Assembly: GCA_951406725.2 (NCBI GenBank)
Contig: OX597831.1
Span: 1,736,001-1,800,000, forward strand
DNA from: Octopus vulgaris
Lineage: Eukaryota
Direction: 5' to 3'
Length of the DNA stretch: 64,000 nt
Part shown: in pieces, positions 37,301-50,475 of the stretch
Position numbering within the stretch: position 1 is the stretch's first letter
Layout: every line of letters starts with the position of its first letter
Notes under the pieces: model-generated
The model's database searches: none
The model's input: the letters and a program-made list of their open reading frames with translations, nothing else
What the model was told of the DNA's origin: nothing
Translations under genes and position numbers: made by a program

Positions 37301-39073
37301 TTATATTCATGTTTTTAACCCTTTAGTATTCAGATTACTCTGTTAAATGTAATGCTTATTTTTTCTCATTATTTTGAATTAATCATGCATTATTATCTCA
37401 CAGCCATGATGTGGCAGGTTATTTTCAGAATTACATTGTTGAGTAGGTATGAGAGGCCAGATCTAACCAGTTTGAACATAAAACAAGTAGAATGTTTGAA
37501 CTAGATATGATTACTTTTAAATGCTGAAGGTTTAATAATGTAGTTAGATAAAACATATATACTTCAATACAGTCTTTTATTCTTGTATTGATCGAAATAC
37601 TTTGTCTTGTTATTTAATAATCCTCAGGATGATAAAAGGGATATAAGGAATCATAAACAAGTGATATCAAGTTTTTTTTCTGTCCAATGCTTTTGCCATT
37701 CTCATTAAAACACACACACGCACATAATCTCACTGATTAAGGCTGATCATGTGATTGGAGTTGCTGTGGCCTGAGCTTACAAAGCTACTGTATTTTGTTG
37801 AAGGAAGCAACACATGGTTATTGTCTTCAAAGATAATAATTCACTGAGGCTGATGCCGATATTTTAGAGGCAGTTTCTCTGTGGGTTGTCATGTTTAAGT
37901 GACTGAAAATATTGAAAAGTTTTCCAAGATGAACTTCCATTGGTGGTGACATATGCATAGTGTTGTTGATCATTGTTAAAGAGATGTCTTAGATTTTCTT
38001 CAGGATGTGGAATTTTTCAGTCAAGCAATGTTTACAGTTTCATACTCCATTACATTAAAGTATGGGTTGGCTCTATGAATGACAATCTATGCTATTAAAT
38101 GTTGTCAGATCTTGGTCTGAGTTGTAACAGAGACATGGGACTTTTCTTGTTCCTTGAATGGAATGAGTGGAAATATTAAATATAGCTCTGCCATTGAAGG
38201 TGTTCACTGGCAGACCTATAACAATTCCTTTCAGTGCCATACAGAGATGCTAAAGTTGTTTGATATGCAGCTTCTTTAGAGAAGATGGTCTGAGCTGACA
38301 TGATGTCAGCTTTTTGGCAGTTACAGATTGATCGATGGAATGGTGACTGTGTGTGCATGGTGGGGGAAGTGTGTTTGCTATTGATATGTTTGCCATATTT
38401 GGTTGTGTGTGTATGTGTGTGTGTGTGCTATGGTGGTTATTTAACCCCAGGTCAAATCTTAATTAGTAGTTTTATGATCAAAGGTATCCCATCCATGGTC
38501 ATCCCATCCTTCTCTCTATATATATGTCTATGTTGTCAGGTGTGTGTTTGCTTCTTTTAAGAGTTTAAGTATGAACTGAGGGTTAATAGGCTGCTATTTC
38601 AGAGAGCCCAAAATACCACAAGGTATTTAGCAACTTGAAGTTGCTGTAGATGACATTTGCCCAATGTACCATGTAGAAGGATTGAACCAGTAACCTTGTG
38701 GTTGTGAAGCCAACTTCTTAACCACACAACCAAGTCTGTGCTTGATGTGCTCTTGGTGGTTAGTTGTATGTAATGGTTGTGTGTGTAGTGTGTGTGTGTT
38801 TGTGTATGTGTATGCATACTCGAAGTTAGTGGGTGGGTGAATACACATAAAATGGGTGGATGGGTGTTTATATACAGTGAAGATCAAATCAAAGCAAATT
38901 AGTTTTGTCTTTTATTTCCTCTCCTCACACACACCTTGTATTTTCAAATGCCTTTCTATAATTTCTGTGTAGCTACTGAAATGAGGGGTTAAGTTGGGGT
39001 CACAATTTAGGGGTCAGCTACGCTATTGTCTCCAAATCAAATGAATCACTTTGGTACATATATATATGTATAT

Positions 39074-39154
<81 letters not shown>

Positions 39155-39244
39155 ATGATCATAAGTGTGACAATGTAGAAAAAACAATGTTAAATGAGTA
39201 AGCTGTATTTTATGAGAGATAGTGGGTTTGTGGAGGGTGAGCAA

Positions 39245-39426
39245 GAGAAAGAGAGAGAGAGGCAGATAGGGTGAGAGAAAGAGAGAGAGGCAGATAGGGT
39301 GAGAGAAAGAGAGAGAGAGGTAGATAGTATGAGAGAAAGAGAGAGAGAGGCAGATAGGGTGAGAAAAAGAGAGAGAAAGGCAGATAGGGTGAGAGAAAGA
39401 GAGAGAGGCAGATAGGGTGAGAGAAA
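39245..39426. repeat. Purine-rich minisatellite, about 6 units of 28-30 bp
   Basis: gagaaagagagagaggcagatagggtga repeated; adjacent (GT)n(GA)n at 39077-39154. Confidence 0.9.
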
Positions 39427-40278
39427 GAGGGAGAGAGATATGGAAAGTATGAAGAAGGCAGAGGGGAAAAACTAGGGTTGGGGAGAGAGAGGGGTAAGGA
39501 AGGAGAGTGGATTGGAGGGAGGCAAAGGAGAGAAACAAAGGGTTTAAGGGCATCTATTAATCTTGTTGTGTCTGTGTGTCCAGGGTCACAAGGTGGGAGA
39601 TGCTGGCAGTGTGGTAGAATTTGAACTCAAAGGAAGATGTATTCACAGTCTATACATGTGTATACACACACTCACACATACATAGATGTGTGTGTGTGCG
39701 TGTGTGGGTGGGTGTCAAGAGGAGGGAGCCAAGTGTTTTCAGAGAGACCCACCCCTGTAGTGTAACTCTGTAGGAGCTAACAGTGTCATGGTTTCTGGGA
39801 AGTGTGGAGGGAGTAAGGAAGGTGTTTTCCTGATTCCTGTTAATTTACTCTACCCCATGGCCTCTGTCCCCCAACTCCTCTTATCCATTTGTACATACAT
39901 CAATCATCAGGTAGTTTTATACAACAATTACAACAACTATCTGTGCACTCTACAACCACCTTTTTTTTTTTTTTCCCAACAGTAGCTTAATGGAATTGGA
40001 GGGTTACTCCATCACTCCTTTCCTCTTGGTTATGAAAACAGCCTATATATATAAACAACATTCTCCAGAAATACGCTGTTCATATTTTTCACATGGAAAA
40101 TCGGGCATAAACAATCCAGTGCAAGCATAGCTATGTAGTTAAGGAGTTTGCTTCCCAACTACAGGGTTTTGGGTTCACTCCCACTAGTAGCCCCTTGAGT
40201 TAGTGACTGGATTTGGTTGATGGAAACTGAAAAAAGCCCATGGTGTGTATGTAATATATATATATATATATATATATA

Positions 40279-40544
40279 TCATGTGACCGTCACTTGACCG
40301 ACCAGGCTATCAGATGTTGCTACACATCGCTGGTCACAATGCTGGTTAAGCGAGCAGGCCAACAGAAGAAAGAGTGAGAGAAAGTTGTGGCGTAAGAGTA
40401 CAGCGGAGATCGCCAACACTGCCGGAGCCTTGTGGAGCTTTAGGTGTTTTTGCTCAATAAACACTCACAACGCCCAGTCTGGGAATCGAAACCGCGACCC
40501 TACGACCGCGAGTTCGCTGCCCTAACCACTGGGTCATTGCACCT

Positions 40545-40546
<2 letters not shown>
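40279..40546 (-). mobile_element. OR-like tRNA-head SINE inserted in (TA)n; a related head lies at 23710-23846
   Basis: Reverse complement of the 5098 head, with a different 3' body. Confidence 0.7.
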
Positions 40547-40616
<70 letters not shown>

Positions 40617-41960
40617 ATATATATACATACATATACATACACACATATGAGTGAGTGGACAAATGAAACAGAAGGGCACCCAACTCATTTAATAGGAGTT
40701 ACATGTATTATTTAATCCTTTCGTTGCTGTATTTATTTTGAGATGCTCTGTGTTTCTTTCAATTACTTTAAATATAACAAAGAGTTTAGTAAAATCACTT
40801 AGTTATCACTCAACTAGTGTTAGGAACATAAATTGTGGCTAAGGCTCGGTGGAAGATTTTAATTCAAAACATATGAAAACAAGACATTTGTTCTCAGAGC
40901 CAGAGCTAGTTTCAGCCGGATTGGTAACAAAAGGGTTAAAACAGTTTGATTTGGTTCGATGTGACTTGAAGTTTCGCAGGCTTCTAATGGAAACCAGACT
41001 CTTTCAGGTTTTGGATTGCCAAATTTGGCAACACTGTTTTAAATTATAAATATAGAGACAATGTGTGTGTATTAATTACTATCTTCTTGCCTTGACATCA
41101 TGTGATAGTTGTACGCATGCATTACTGCCATATGAGTGGCATTCTTTATTTTCAATCTTCCACGAAGACATGTCTTGCCATGTGCAAATAGTGTTGGCAG
41201 CTGGAAGAGCATCTGACTTTAGAAAATCTGCCTCAATGAATTCCATGTGACCCATGCAAGCATGGAAAACTGGATGTTAACGATGATTACGATGATGATA
41301 TATATGAAGGTGTATGACTTAATGTTTACAGTGGTGAGCTCACAATCATAAGGTCATGTGTTCAATTCCTGGACTAAATGTCACATCGAATCTTTGAGCA
41401 AGGCACTTCCTTCCATGTCACTCCAGTTTATTCAACTGAAAATGAGTACCAGTCAACTGGTGCAGTCAACCCTTTCTATCTCCCCCTTCTCCCTTTCTCC
41501 AGCCGTTACAATCTGAATGCTCTACTGGGTCAAGGGTGAGATAGCTTTTAAGGGTATTTATGTCTGCTTACAACTACTTACTTAAAATAGTCACCAAAAG
41601 CATGGTACAAGCTACAAAGCCGTACTCTTTCATGTGTGACATGCATACTATGTCTCTGTCTTTGTCTGTCTGTCTGTCTCCCTTCATATATATATATATA
41701 TAGTGTACTGTCCCATGAAGGTAAGATGAACAAAAAAGTACTCCACCTGGTGAGAGAGAAATATTTAATAAACACAGTATATGTTTTTATGACCTACTGT
41801 TAGTTTCATGCGATGAAATCAGCTCAGACAGCATTTTTTTACATGCCTGGTGCATTAGTGCAAGCCTCAAGCTGCCCAGGGTGCCACTCAGTGGGACTGA
41901 ACCCGGAACTATGTGGTTGGGAAGCAAGCTTCTTACTACACAGCCACTCCTTATAAAATG

Positions 41961-42839
41961 TACAGGGTATGGTGAATATATTGTTGTCTAAATTACGCAA
42001 AAATGAAAATAACACTGACAGCTCATTTTAACAAATATATTTACCAAAATTGCATAAAAATATCTTGAAATACTAAAGAGTAAATTTATTCAATAAAATC
42101 GCCATTGGCTTCAACCACAACCCCCAGACGACTTCAGAATCTCCTGCAACTCTTCTGGATGGTCTCCGTATTTTAAGTTGATGAATGCTACCATAATCCT
42201 TGCCTTCAGTTCATCTTTGGTGTTACAAAGAGTTTTATAGGTCTCTCACTCAACTGTATTCCACAAATGACAATCAAGGGGGTTGCAGTCTGGGGAGTTA
42301 GGTAGCCAGATGTTAGGAGTGATGTGGTTGCAGAAATAGTCTGACAGCCATGTCGGGGTTCCCCTGCTTGTGTGGCATGGTGCAGTCTTGCCAGACATAG
42401 GATCTTCCAGCAGGCACCCTCTTGACTCAAGGAAGCATGATCTCCTCGAGGCACTTGATGTAGGCTCCCGTGTTGAGTCTGAGGTTGTGTGGGAAGGTGA
42501 ATGGAGGCATAATGTCACCATCACTAGTGATCACTCTAAACACCATGATGTTGACTGGATGTTTGATTTTTATCCTTCTCGGTATATGCATTGTCCTCAG
42601 ATTGACACCCAAATACTCTGAAATGTTTGTATTGGAGCTTCTGGTGCAAATGCCAAACAGTACAGCATGTCGTTTCCGAATTTATGGCAGAGTGGATTGT
42701 GTCATTGTGCTGTTTTTTATCACAGACAGTACCCAACTGACCCTACCATACTGTGTAGTCAACAAAATAAAAAACAAACAATGTGCATGTGTGAAATTAA
42801 AGATATAAAATGGCGACAATTTACCCATCAATCCATGTA
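41961..42839 (-). mobile_element. Decayed, internally deleted Tc1/mariner element (DD37D/maT-like)
   Basis: Frameshifted pieces KHPVNIMVF.VITSDGDIMPPF and D.APCHTS...NSPDCNPLD, with about 37 residues between the Asp residues. TA-flanked degenerate TIRs. Confidence 0.8.
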
Positions 42840-43711
42840 TATACAAGTATATATAAATGTAACTGCATAATATATACATACACAGTATATTTACGTATAT
42901 ATGAAAATTTGCACAGATAACTACACAGATAGACAGATAGATAGCTACACATACATAAATGCTTGTGTATGTGTGTGTATGTTTGTATGTGTGTGTAACT
43001 AAATATACAGCACACGTCACCTTACTAAAAAAGCCCCATTACACACACACACACACACACACACTCTCCCTGTTTCCCCCCTCTCTATCTGTCTGTCTGT
43101 CTCTGTCTGTCTGTCTGTCTCTCTCTCTTTCTCTCTCTCTGCTGTTAGATCAATTTAATGAGAAAGACATTTTGAAACAAATGTTCACACAGAAATAATA
43201 AAACTAACAGTGAAGAGAGAGAAACTCTGACAGCTTGTACAAAGCTGAAAATTCATAGGACAGTCGTTTGTGTCACTTTAAATCACACAACCACCTTCAC
43301 CATTGCATTATGATAGATGCCACAGCTTGGGCTCCTTGTCTGAAAACTGACCTGTTTATGTGTGTGCCATATTTCTATCGCCATAAGCAAAGAGTTGCTC
43401 AGTTATTATCCTGTCTGCCAATATATAGGAATATATGTGTGTATGTATGAATGTGGTGTCTTTGTATGTATAAATATATATATATCTGCATATATATATA
43501 TCTCCTTTGAGCTTTTTTGTGGATTAACAATGCTACCAATGGTTTCATGAGGAAAGAATTTCCACAATTTTCTAGTGATCCACTAAAAAATGTTAGTTAC
43601 TGCCTTCATTTTGGATGGGACTAAAACTATTGGTAACATTGTTAATCCAAAAATATAGAAATTTTATCCACTAAATATGGTGCTGAGCTTTCATTCTCAC
43701 TATTTGATATT

Positions 43712-43755
<44 letters not shown>

Positions 43756-43999
43756 CACCCAAACATACATCATTGCTATCATTACCATCATCATTGTTTT
43801 AACATCCACTTTTCCTTGGTCCTCTGGATCAAGAAATTCACGAGGCTTATTTCCTATAGCTAGATGCTCTCCCTGTCACTTCTCCAAATAAGGTTGTATT
43901 TTCTCATGGCCAGACTGGAAATTAACAACCTCATTTGAACAACAGTGACACTTATTTACAACCAGCACATGATGCTAAGACACATGTAACTAAGCAGCG

Positions 44000-44023
<24 letters not shown>

Positions 44024-44031
<8 letters not shown>

Positions 44032-44341
44032 ATGAGGGTGTCTAAGAGACACCAACATGCCGAAATAGCAGTCGAAACTCTGACTATAAAAACCACGTTA
44101 AGTGTTCGTATCGCACCATGAGATAAGACAGAGGAACAAAATATACAAGCAAAATAATCGGGGTACTCGGCGTGCGGTCGAGGCGGCGGCGCGCTTGAAT
44201 TATTCAATAATTTTGCTTGTATATTTTGTTCCTCTGTCTTATCTCATGGTGCGATACGAACACTCAACGTGGTTTTTATAGTCAGAGTTTCGACTGCTAT
44301 TTCGGCATGTTGGTGTCTCTTAGACACCCTCATTTTTAATT
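44024..44341. repeat. Near-perfect inverted repeat with 132-nt arms and a 54-nt GC-rich spacer, inside a (TA)n-flanked element (about 44020-44425)
   Basis: 44024-44155 and 44210-44341 differ at one position by my reading. Confidence 0.95.
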
Positions 44342-45652
44342 GTTAAAAATTATTACCTTTGTACGGTATTTTTCTCATGCTGGCCACTTGATAATATGGA
44401 TACTTAAATATCGATATTATCCTCATATATAAATTTATATATATATATATATATATATAAAACAAGATCACGTGATCGACCAGACTATTAGATGTTATAC
44501 ATTGCTGGTCACAGTGCACTTTGCATCATTTTAGGTGAGCAGGTCAATACATACATACACACACACGCACACACATATATATAAGTACATACACACACAC
44601 GCACATACATACACACACGGTTCATGTATATGTATAATGAGCTTCTTTCAGTTTCTGTCTATCAAATCCACTCATGAAGTTTTAATCAACCTGAAGTTAT
44701 GATATAAGACACCTGCCACAGGTGCTGCACTGTGGGACTGAACACAAACATGCCCATCCAGTGGGAAACTAATATTTTGCTTGAAAACAGGTAAAGATTG
44801 GCAACAGGGAGAGCATCAACGAATTCTGTCCAACCCATGCATGCATGGAAAAGTCAACATTAAAACGATGATAACATATCTATTTATCACATGCACATTC
44901 AGTTATCTGTATATGATAGTCTTAATACAGTTGCTGTTTATCACTCACAAGGCATTACTCAACCTACTGCAATAACAATGGTGCTGCACAGTAGGACTGA
45001 ACCTAAAACCATGTGGTTGCAAAGGGAATATCTTAACCACAAAGTTATGCCTTTGCACCCCAACACATACATATAGTAGGTGAGTGGTAGAATTGTTAGT
45101 GCTGGCAGAAACGTTAGCACGCCGGGCGAAATGCTTAGCAGTATTTCATCTCTGAGTTCAAATTCCACCAAGGTCGACTTTGCCTTTTATCCTTTCAGGA
45201 TCAATAAATTAAGTACCAGTTACACACTGAGGTCGATGCAATCGACTTAATCCCTTTATTTGTCCTTGTTTGTCCCCTCTATGTTTAGCCTCTTGTGGGC
45301 AATAAAGAAATAAGAATTGTTAGTGAATTTTGAAAGTAGGTTATAATCTGAGTTCCAATCACACCCAGAGTCACTTTGACTTTTTCTTTACTGAAGACAG
45401 TTAAAGAAATATTTGGCTGGGTAAAGGAAGGTAATCAACTGTTATACTTTCAAAAGAAGTGACCTAGCATTGTGACAGTATAGTGACCGAGAAAAATAAT
45501 AGAATAAAAGAATGCGTGCGCACGCGCGCACACACACACACACACATGCATACACACAGTCATGCACTTACATATAAATGCTTACACTCATGAATGCATT
45601 CATGTATTAGTGCAAACACATACATGCATTCATACAAGGGTAAGTATATATA

Positions 45653-46232
45653 CAGGATGCATAAGATATTTGAGGACAGATTTATGTTTATAAAAAAACA
45701 CATATATAATAATAGATAACTTTATTTATCGAAAAATGCTATGAGGATAAAAATAAACCTTCTTTTCTATAATGTTATTCAGTAAAGCCACCTTAAGCTT
45801 CAACAAATGCTTCTATATGAGATCTAAATCATCTTGAATCAAATGGTCCTGGTTGATTTTGGACATTACTCTGATTATGGCAGCTTTCAAAGAATCTTTG
45901 GTGTTACGGGCATGTTCATTGACCTCTCTTTCTCAACAACGCTCCACATGTAATAGTCCAATGGATTGCTTTGATACTGGTGATACATTTCCATCTTCAA
46001 TCTCTAGCTCCTTACAAACTTTGTAGATGAAAGACCTGGCAACTTTTAAAAATTGAGATATTTCTAAATCGCTATGCTCAGCTTTTATAACCACAATAAC
46101 AGCATGCCTCTTCATTTCTTGAGTAATCTGAGGGTCTGCCATTATTTTCTGAAACAAAGATTATACAGAGTTAGCTTAAAATGCAGCAATGAACCAAAAA
46201 AAGGTTTGTCCTCAAATACCTTATGCAGCCTG
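45653..46232 (-). mobile_element. Internally deleted Tc1/mariner element
   Basis: TA-CAGG(a/c)TGCATAAG(a/g)TATTTGAGGACA TIRs at both ends. An N-terminal HTH-like frame (MKRHAVIV...ISQFLKVARSF) is fused to a C-terminal NPLDYYMWSVVE remnant. Confidence 0.85.
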
Positions 46233-46425
46233 TATATATATATATATATATATATAATTGAATAAGGGTAGAAATTGATATTAATCAATTAAAACCAGTG
46301 GCCTAGCATATTAAAAAAATCCGAAGATTAAAATATTTTTTACATACATTCATGGAAAATAGCAATTTTGACATCTACATCTAGCATATTGACTGTCCAC
46401 TTTTAGTGGTCAGTCTTTTAAATTT

Positions 46426-46492
<67 letters not shown>

Positions 46493-46661
46493 ATGAACTG
46501 TGAAAATGTGTGTAGCGATAGAGTAAAATATTTATAAACCAGATCCACTCACAAAGCTTTGATTGACCCAAAGCTATAGAGGATGTTGCACACTGGAATT
46601 GAACCCCAAAACCACATATTTGAGAAGTAAGCTTCTCAATCACACAACCATAAATGCAGTC

Positions 46662-47383
46662 TTAACCCTTTAGCATTCAAACCAGCCATATCCAGCCAAA
46701 ATATTATACCCATTCTGTTTTCAAACTGGCCAGGTCTATTCTGTTGTGTCTGGGGAGAGTCATTTTCTTTTTGTGCCTTATAATATAACACACTCACCGG
46801 TAAAATTTCCACTTTTTTTCTTATTTTTATTTTCCTAAAAATTTTTGTTGCGTCTTGCAACCTTTTCAATAGTCTTGTCCAGATCTAGTGTCTCACACTA
46901 ACATTGCTATATCGTTCTAAAAATTAGCAGTTATCTCATCAAAATCTCAAAGCTATAAAATAATGAATGACTAACTCAAAACAATCTGAATAAATGAGCA
47001 TTGCTTGTGAAGGTGCATGGCTCAGTGGTTATAGCCTCGAGCTTACAATCGTAAGGTTGTGAGCTCGAATCCTGGACCAGGCTGCATGTTGTGTTTTTGA
47101 GCAAGACACTTTATTTCACGTTGCTCCAGTTCACTCAGCTGTAGAAATGAGTTGTGACGCCACTGGTGCCAAGCTGTATCGACCTTTGTCTTTCTCTTGG
47201 ATAACATTGGTGGTGTGGAGAATGGAGGCTGGTATGCACGGGCAACTGCTGGTCTTCCATAAACAACCTTGCCTGGACTTGTGCCTGGGAGGGGAACTTT
47301 CTAGGTGCAATCCCATGATCTGTGTCATAACTGAAGGGGGTCTCAGAACTTGTGACAAAATAATATGAAAGCTAAAGGGTTAA
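46662..47383. mobile_element. TTAA MITE family 2 carrying two nested insertions (about 46745-46875 and a tRNA-type SINE at about 47008-47342)
   Basis: TTAA-CCCTTTAGC and GCTAAAGGG-TTAA ends. It stops 77 nt upstream of the 79-nt exon. Confidence 0.7.
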
Positions 47384-47460
47384 TGATGTGAAATGTTATT
47401 AACTTCAGTTTTGCAACAGCTAATCTTTATCATTGTCTTTGTTTTATTTTCTCATTGCAG

Positions 47461-47539
47461 TTGGACCTTCATATACGTTCCGTTTTAAGGTGAAATTCTT
47501 TTCTTCAGAACCCAATAATCTCCATGAAGAAATTACACG
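47461..47539 (+). CDS. EPB41L5: Internal coding exon (79 nt, phase 1-2): (I)GPSYTFRFKVKFFSSEPNNLHEEIT(R)
   Basis: ttgcAG acceptor and GTCAGT donor at 47540. A+TT completes Ile across the 34-kb intron. VKFxSSEPNNLxEExTR is typical of Yurt/EPB41L5/EPB41L4B. Confidence 0.93.
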
Positions 47540-47993
47540 GTCAGTTGCATTTTATTTCTTTATTTGCCCTAATCTGGTTATAATTCTATTGATCATTCTG
47601 ATATTTTATTCCATGTGGATTTGTTGGTCTTAATCAATGACAAACTTTTAAAGCCCTGTGTGTCAAAATTTTAATACCTTTAATAATCCTGTTATTGGAG
47701 AATCACATGATGGCTTGTTTGTTTAACATGAGTTTTTTTTTCTTGCTAGCATTTGTTGGATAATGGGGGGACTGATTTGAGGCAGTATTTTATGGTTAGA
47801 TGCCCTTCCTATGGCCAAACGTAACTGTTTTACCGCTAGTCTATGAAAGTGTGGAGCAACTTGTTATAGCTTCTTTCCCTGTGTTGATTATATGGTGCCA
47901 AGCAAAGAAGAGGAATATCAACATTTGCACACATGTGCATACACACATATATGCATTCATATATACATATACACATTCATACATATATACATA

Positions 47994-48328
47994 TACAAGG
48001 GGATACTGAAAAGTTCCTGGCTTTGAGTAAAAGAACATACAAGAGGATGAGTTATGATTTCATTCAACATATCTCCCTCTCAGATTTACACACTTATTGC
48101 AGTGGTCATTCAGGTTTTCTAAGCCCTGTGTTGTGTGGACGCCCCCAGACGATGAAGTAGGCTAGCCCAATACGTAGATATATAGGGAGAAGTCTAGACG
48201 TCGGGATTTGAGTAGAGGTCATCGAAATGTGCGATATAACACCCTGTAAAAGAACTCAGAAGATTGGGTCTCCTACCAGGCCTTTCGTGATATCCTTAAA
48301 CCCAGGAGCTTTTCAGCACACCCCTCAT
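47994..48328. mobile_element. Mariner-type MITE
   Basis: TIRs tacaaggggatactgaaaagttcctgg and ccaggagcttttcagcacacccctcata. Confidence 0.7.
48129..48241. mobile_element. 113-bp solo-LTR-like insertion
   Basis: TGTTGT...ATAACA termini and a 5-bp TSD CCCTG at 48124-48128 and 48242-48246. Confidence 0.7.
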
Positions 48329-49194
48329 ATATGTAACAAGTTATGGTAGAAGACACCTATATATTTTGATTTTAGGTAAACTTAAAGTGGTTGGCATGAG
48401 GAAGGGTGTCTAGCCCTAGGAAACAAACCAAGAAAGACACCTGTCAATGACAGTCTTCCAACTCGTCAAATCCTGTCTGTCAAATCATCCAACCCACACT
48501 AGGATGAAAGACAAAAGTTAAATGATGATGATGATGATATTCCAAAGAGATTTTTTTTTTTCTGTCCATTATGTGTCAACTAAAAAGCTTGCAGTGTGTC
48601 ACTAACAACACATGTATCACAGATTTGCCATCAATGAACTATACCAATTCTATGACCATATACTACTCTAAATATAATTTCCCTGTATCCCATGTCCATA
48701 CCACTATGAGGTACCTCTAGTCTGCTCTTATTCTATAACTACCATCCAGTGCCATAACATATCCATACCATCACAACCTACCTCTAATGTAACCACCATC
48801 CTATATCATCAAATATGTATATTTAGCTACCATCTACCATTATGGCTGCTTCTATCTACTGTAGCTACCTTCTATTTTCGTTTAGACAGATGTATGTTTG
48901 TAGAATTTTGTTTAAAGACAGACACCTAGAACATCACTACCACCATCATAATAACAACTACCATCACCTTCACCAAATCCCCACCGTATAACTTCATTAT
49001 CTCTGTTACATCATTATATATAATGCCACAACTATCGCCACATCACGACCACCACCACTATCACCGTCACTTTGATATAAGCCCAATTATCTAAACCAAT
49101 TAGATATGGTTATGAAATTGAATTTAATTGGATAACTTCCACCTTGCTCCACCATGTTCTTTCCGATATAATAATATCAACAACAATCACAGCA

Positions 49195-50475
49195 CCACCA
49201 CCACCACTACTACTACTACTACCAGTAGCAATAATAATCCTTTCTACTATAGGCATGAGGCCTGAAATTTTAGGGGAGCCGGCTAGTTGATTCCATCAAC
49301 CCCAGCACTTGACTGGTACCTATTTTATCGACCTTGAAAGGATGAAATGCAAAGTCGACTTCGACAGAATTTGAACTGTGAATGTAAAGATGGACAGAAT
49401 GCCACCAATGATACTGGCAACAACAATCACACCACCACCACTACTACTACTACTACCACCAGTAGCAATAATAATCCTTTCTACTATAGGCATGAGGCCT
49501 GAAATTTTAGGGGATGGGTCTAATCAATTATATCGACCTCCTGTGTGTAACTGGTACTTATTTTATCGACCTTGAAAGGATGAAATGCAAAGTTGACTTT
49601 GACAGAATTTGAACTGTGAATGTAAAGATGGATGAAATGCCACCAATGATACTGGCATGCTAACAATTCTACCAGCTCACCACCTTAACAACAACAATAA
49701 TAATAATAATAATTATAATAAAAATTATAATAATCCTTTCTATTTGAAGGGACCCCAATGTAGTTGCATGATAAACTGGCAGAAGTAACAATGTGAAGGT
49801 AAAACAATTACATCGACCTCCAGTGCGTAACTGGTACTTACTTTTTAACTTCCCAGAATTGGCAAAATATCTTTGATCATGTGTTTGTTTGCTCAATTAG
49901 GGTTGACTTGAGACTAAACAATGACAGTAACAAACAATGGTTTCAAACTTTGGCTTTATGGTAGCAGTTTTGAGGGGAGAGTATTAACCAATATTGTTGA
50001 TTTTAGTACTTGACTGATACTTTATTTTTTTGATCCTGGTGGGTGGGGCATGAAAGGCAAATTTGATTTCGGTGGAATTCGAACTCAGAACATAATGAGT
50101 CAGGAAAAATTCTACTAGGCACCTAGTAGAATTTTTAGTGGCTGTGTGGTAAGTAGCTTGCTTACCAACCACATGGTTCTGGGTTCATTTTACTTTTTAA
50201 CTCACCAGAATTGGCAAAATACCTTTGATCATGTGTTTGTTTGCTCAATCAGGGTTGACTCGAGATTAAATAGCAACAGTAACAAACAATGGTTTCAAAC
50301 TTTGGCTTTGTGGTAGCAGTTTTGTGTGGGAGATTATTAACCAATATCATTGACTTTAGTACTTGACTGATACTTTATTTTTTGGATCCTGGTGAGTGGG
50401 GCATGAAAGACAAATTTGATTCCGGTGGAATTCGAACTCAGAACATAATGAGTCAGTGAAAATTCTACTAGGCAT
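49195..50475. repeat. Two local tandem duplications of old repeat-derived DNA
   Basis: About 49195-49415 versus 49430-49660, and about 49838-50122 versus 50190-50475. Confidence 0.8.

Noticed and set aside
47433-47633. 66-aa ORF as a standalone gene
   Set aside because: Only 47461-47539 is FERM-like and bounded by splice sites; the rest is intron read-through.
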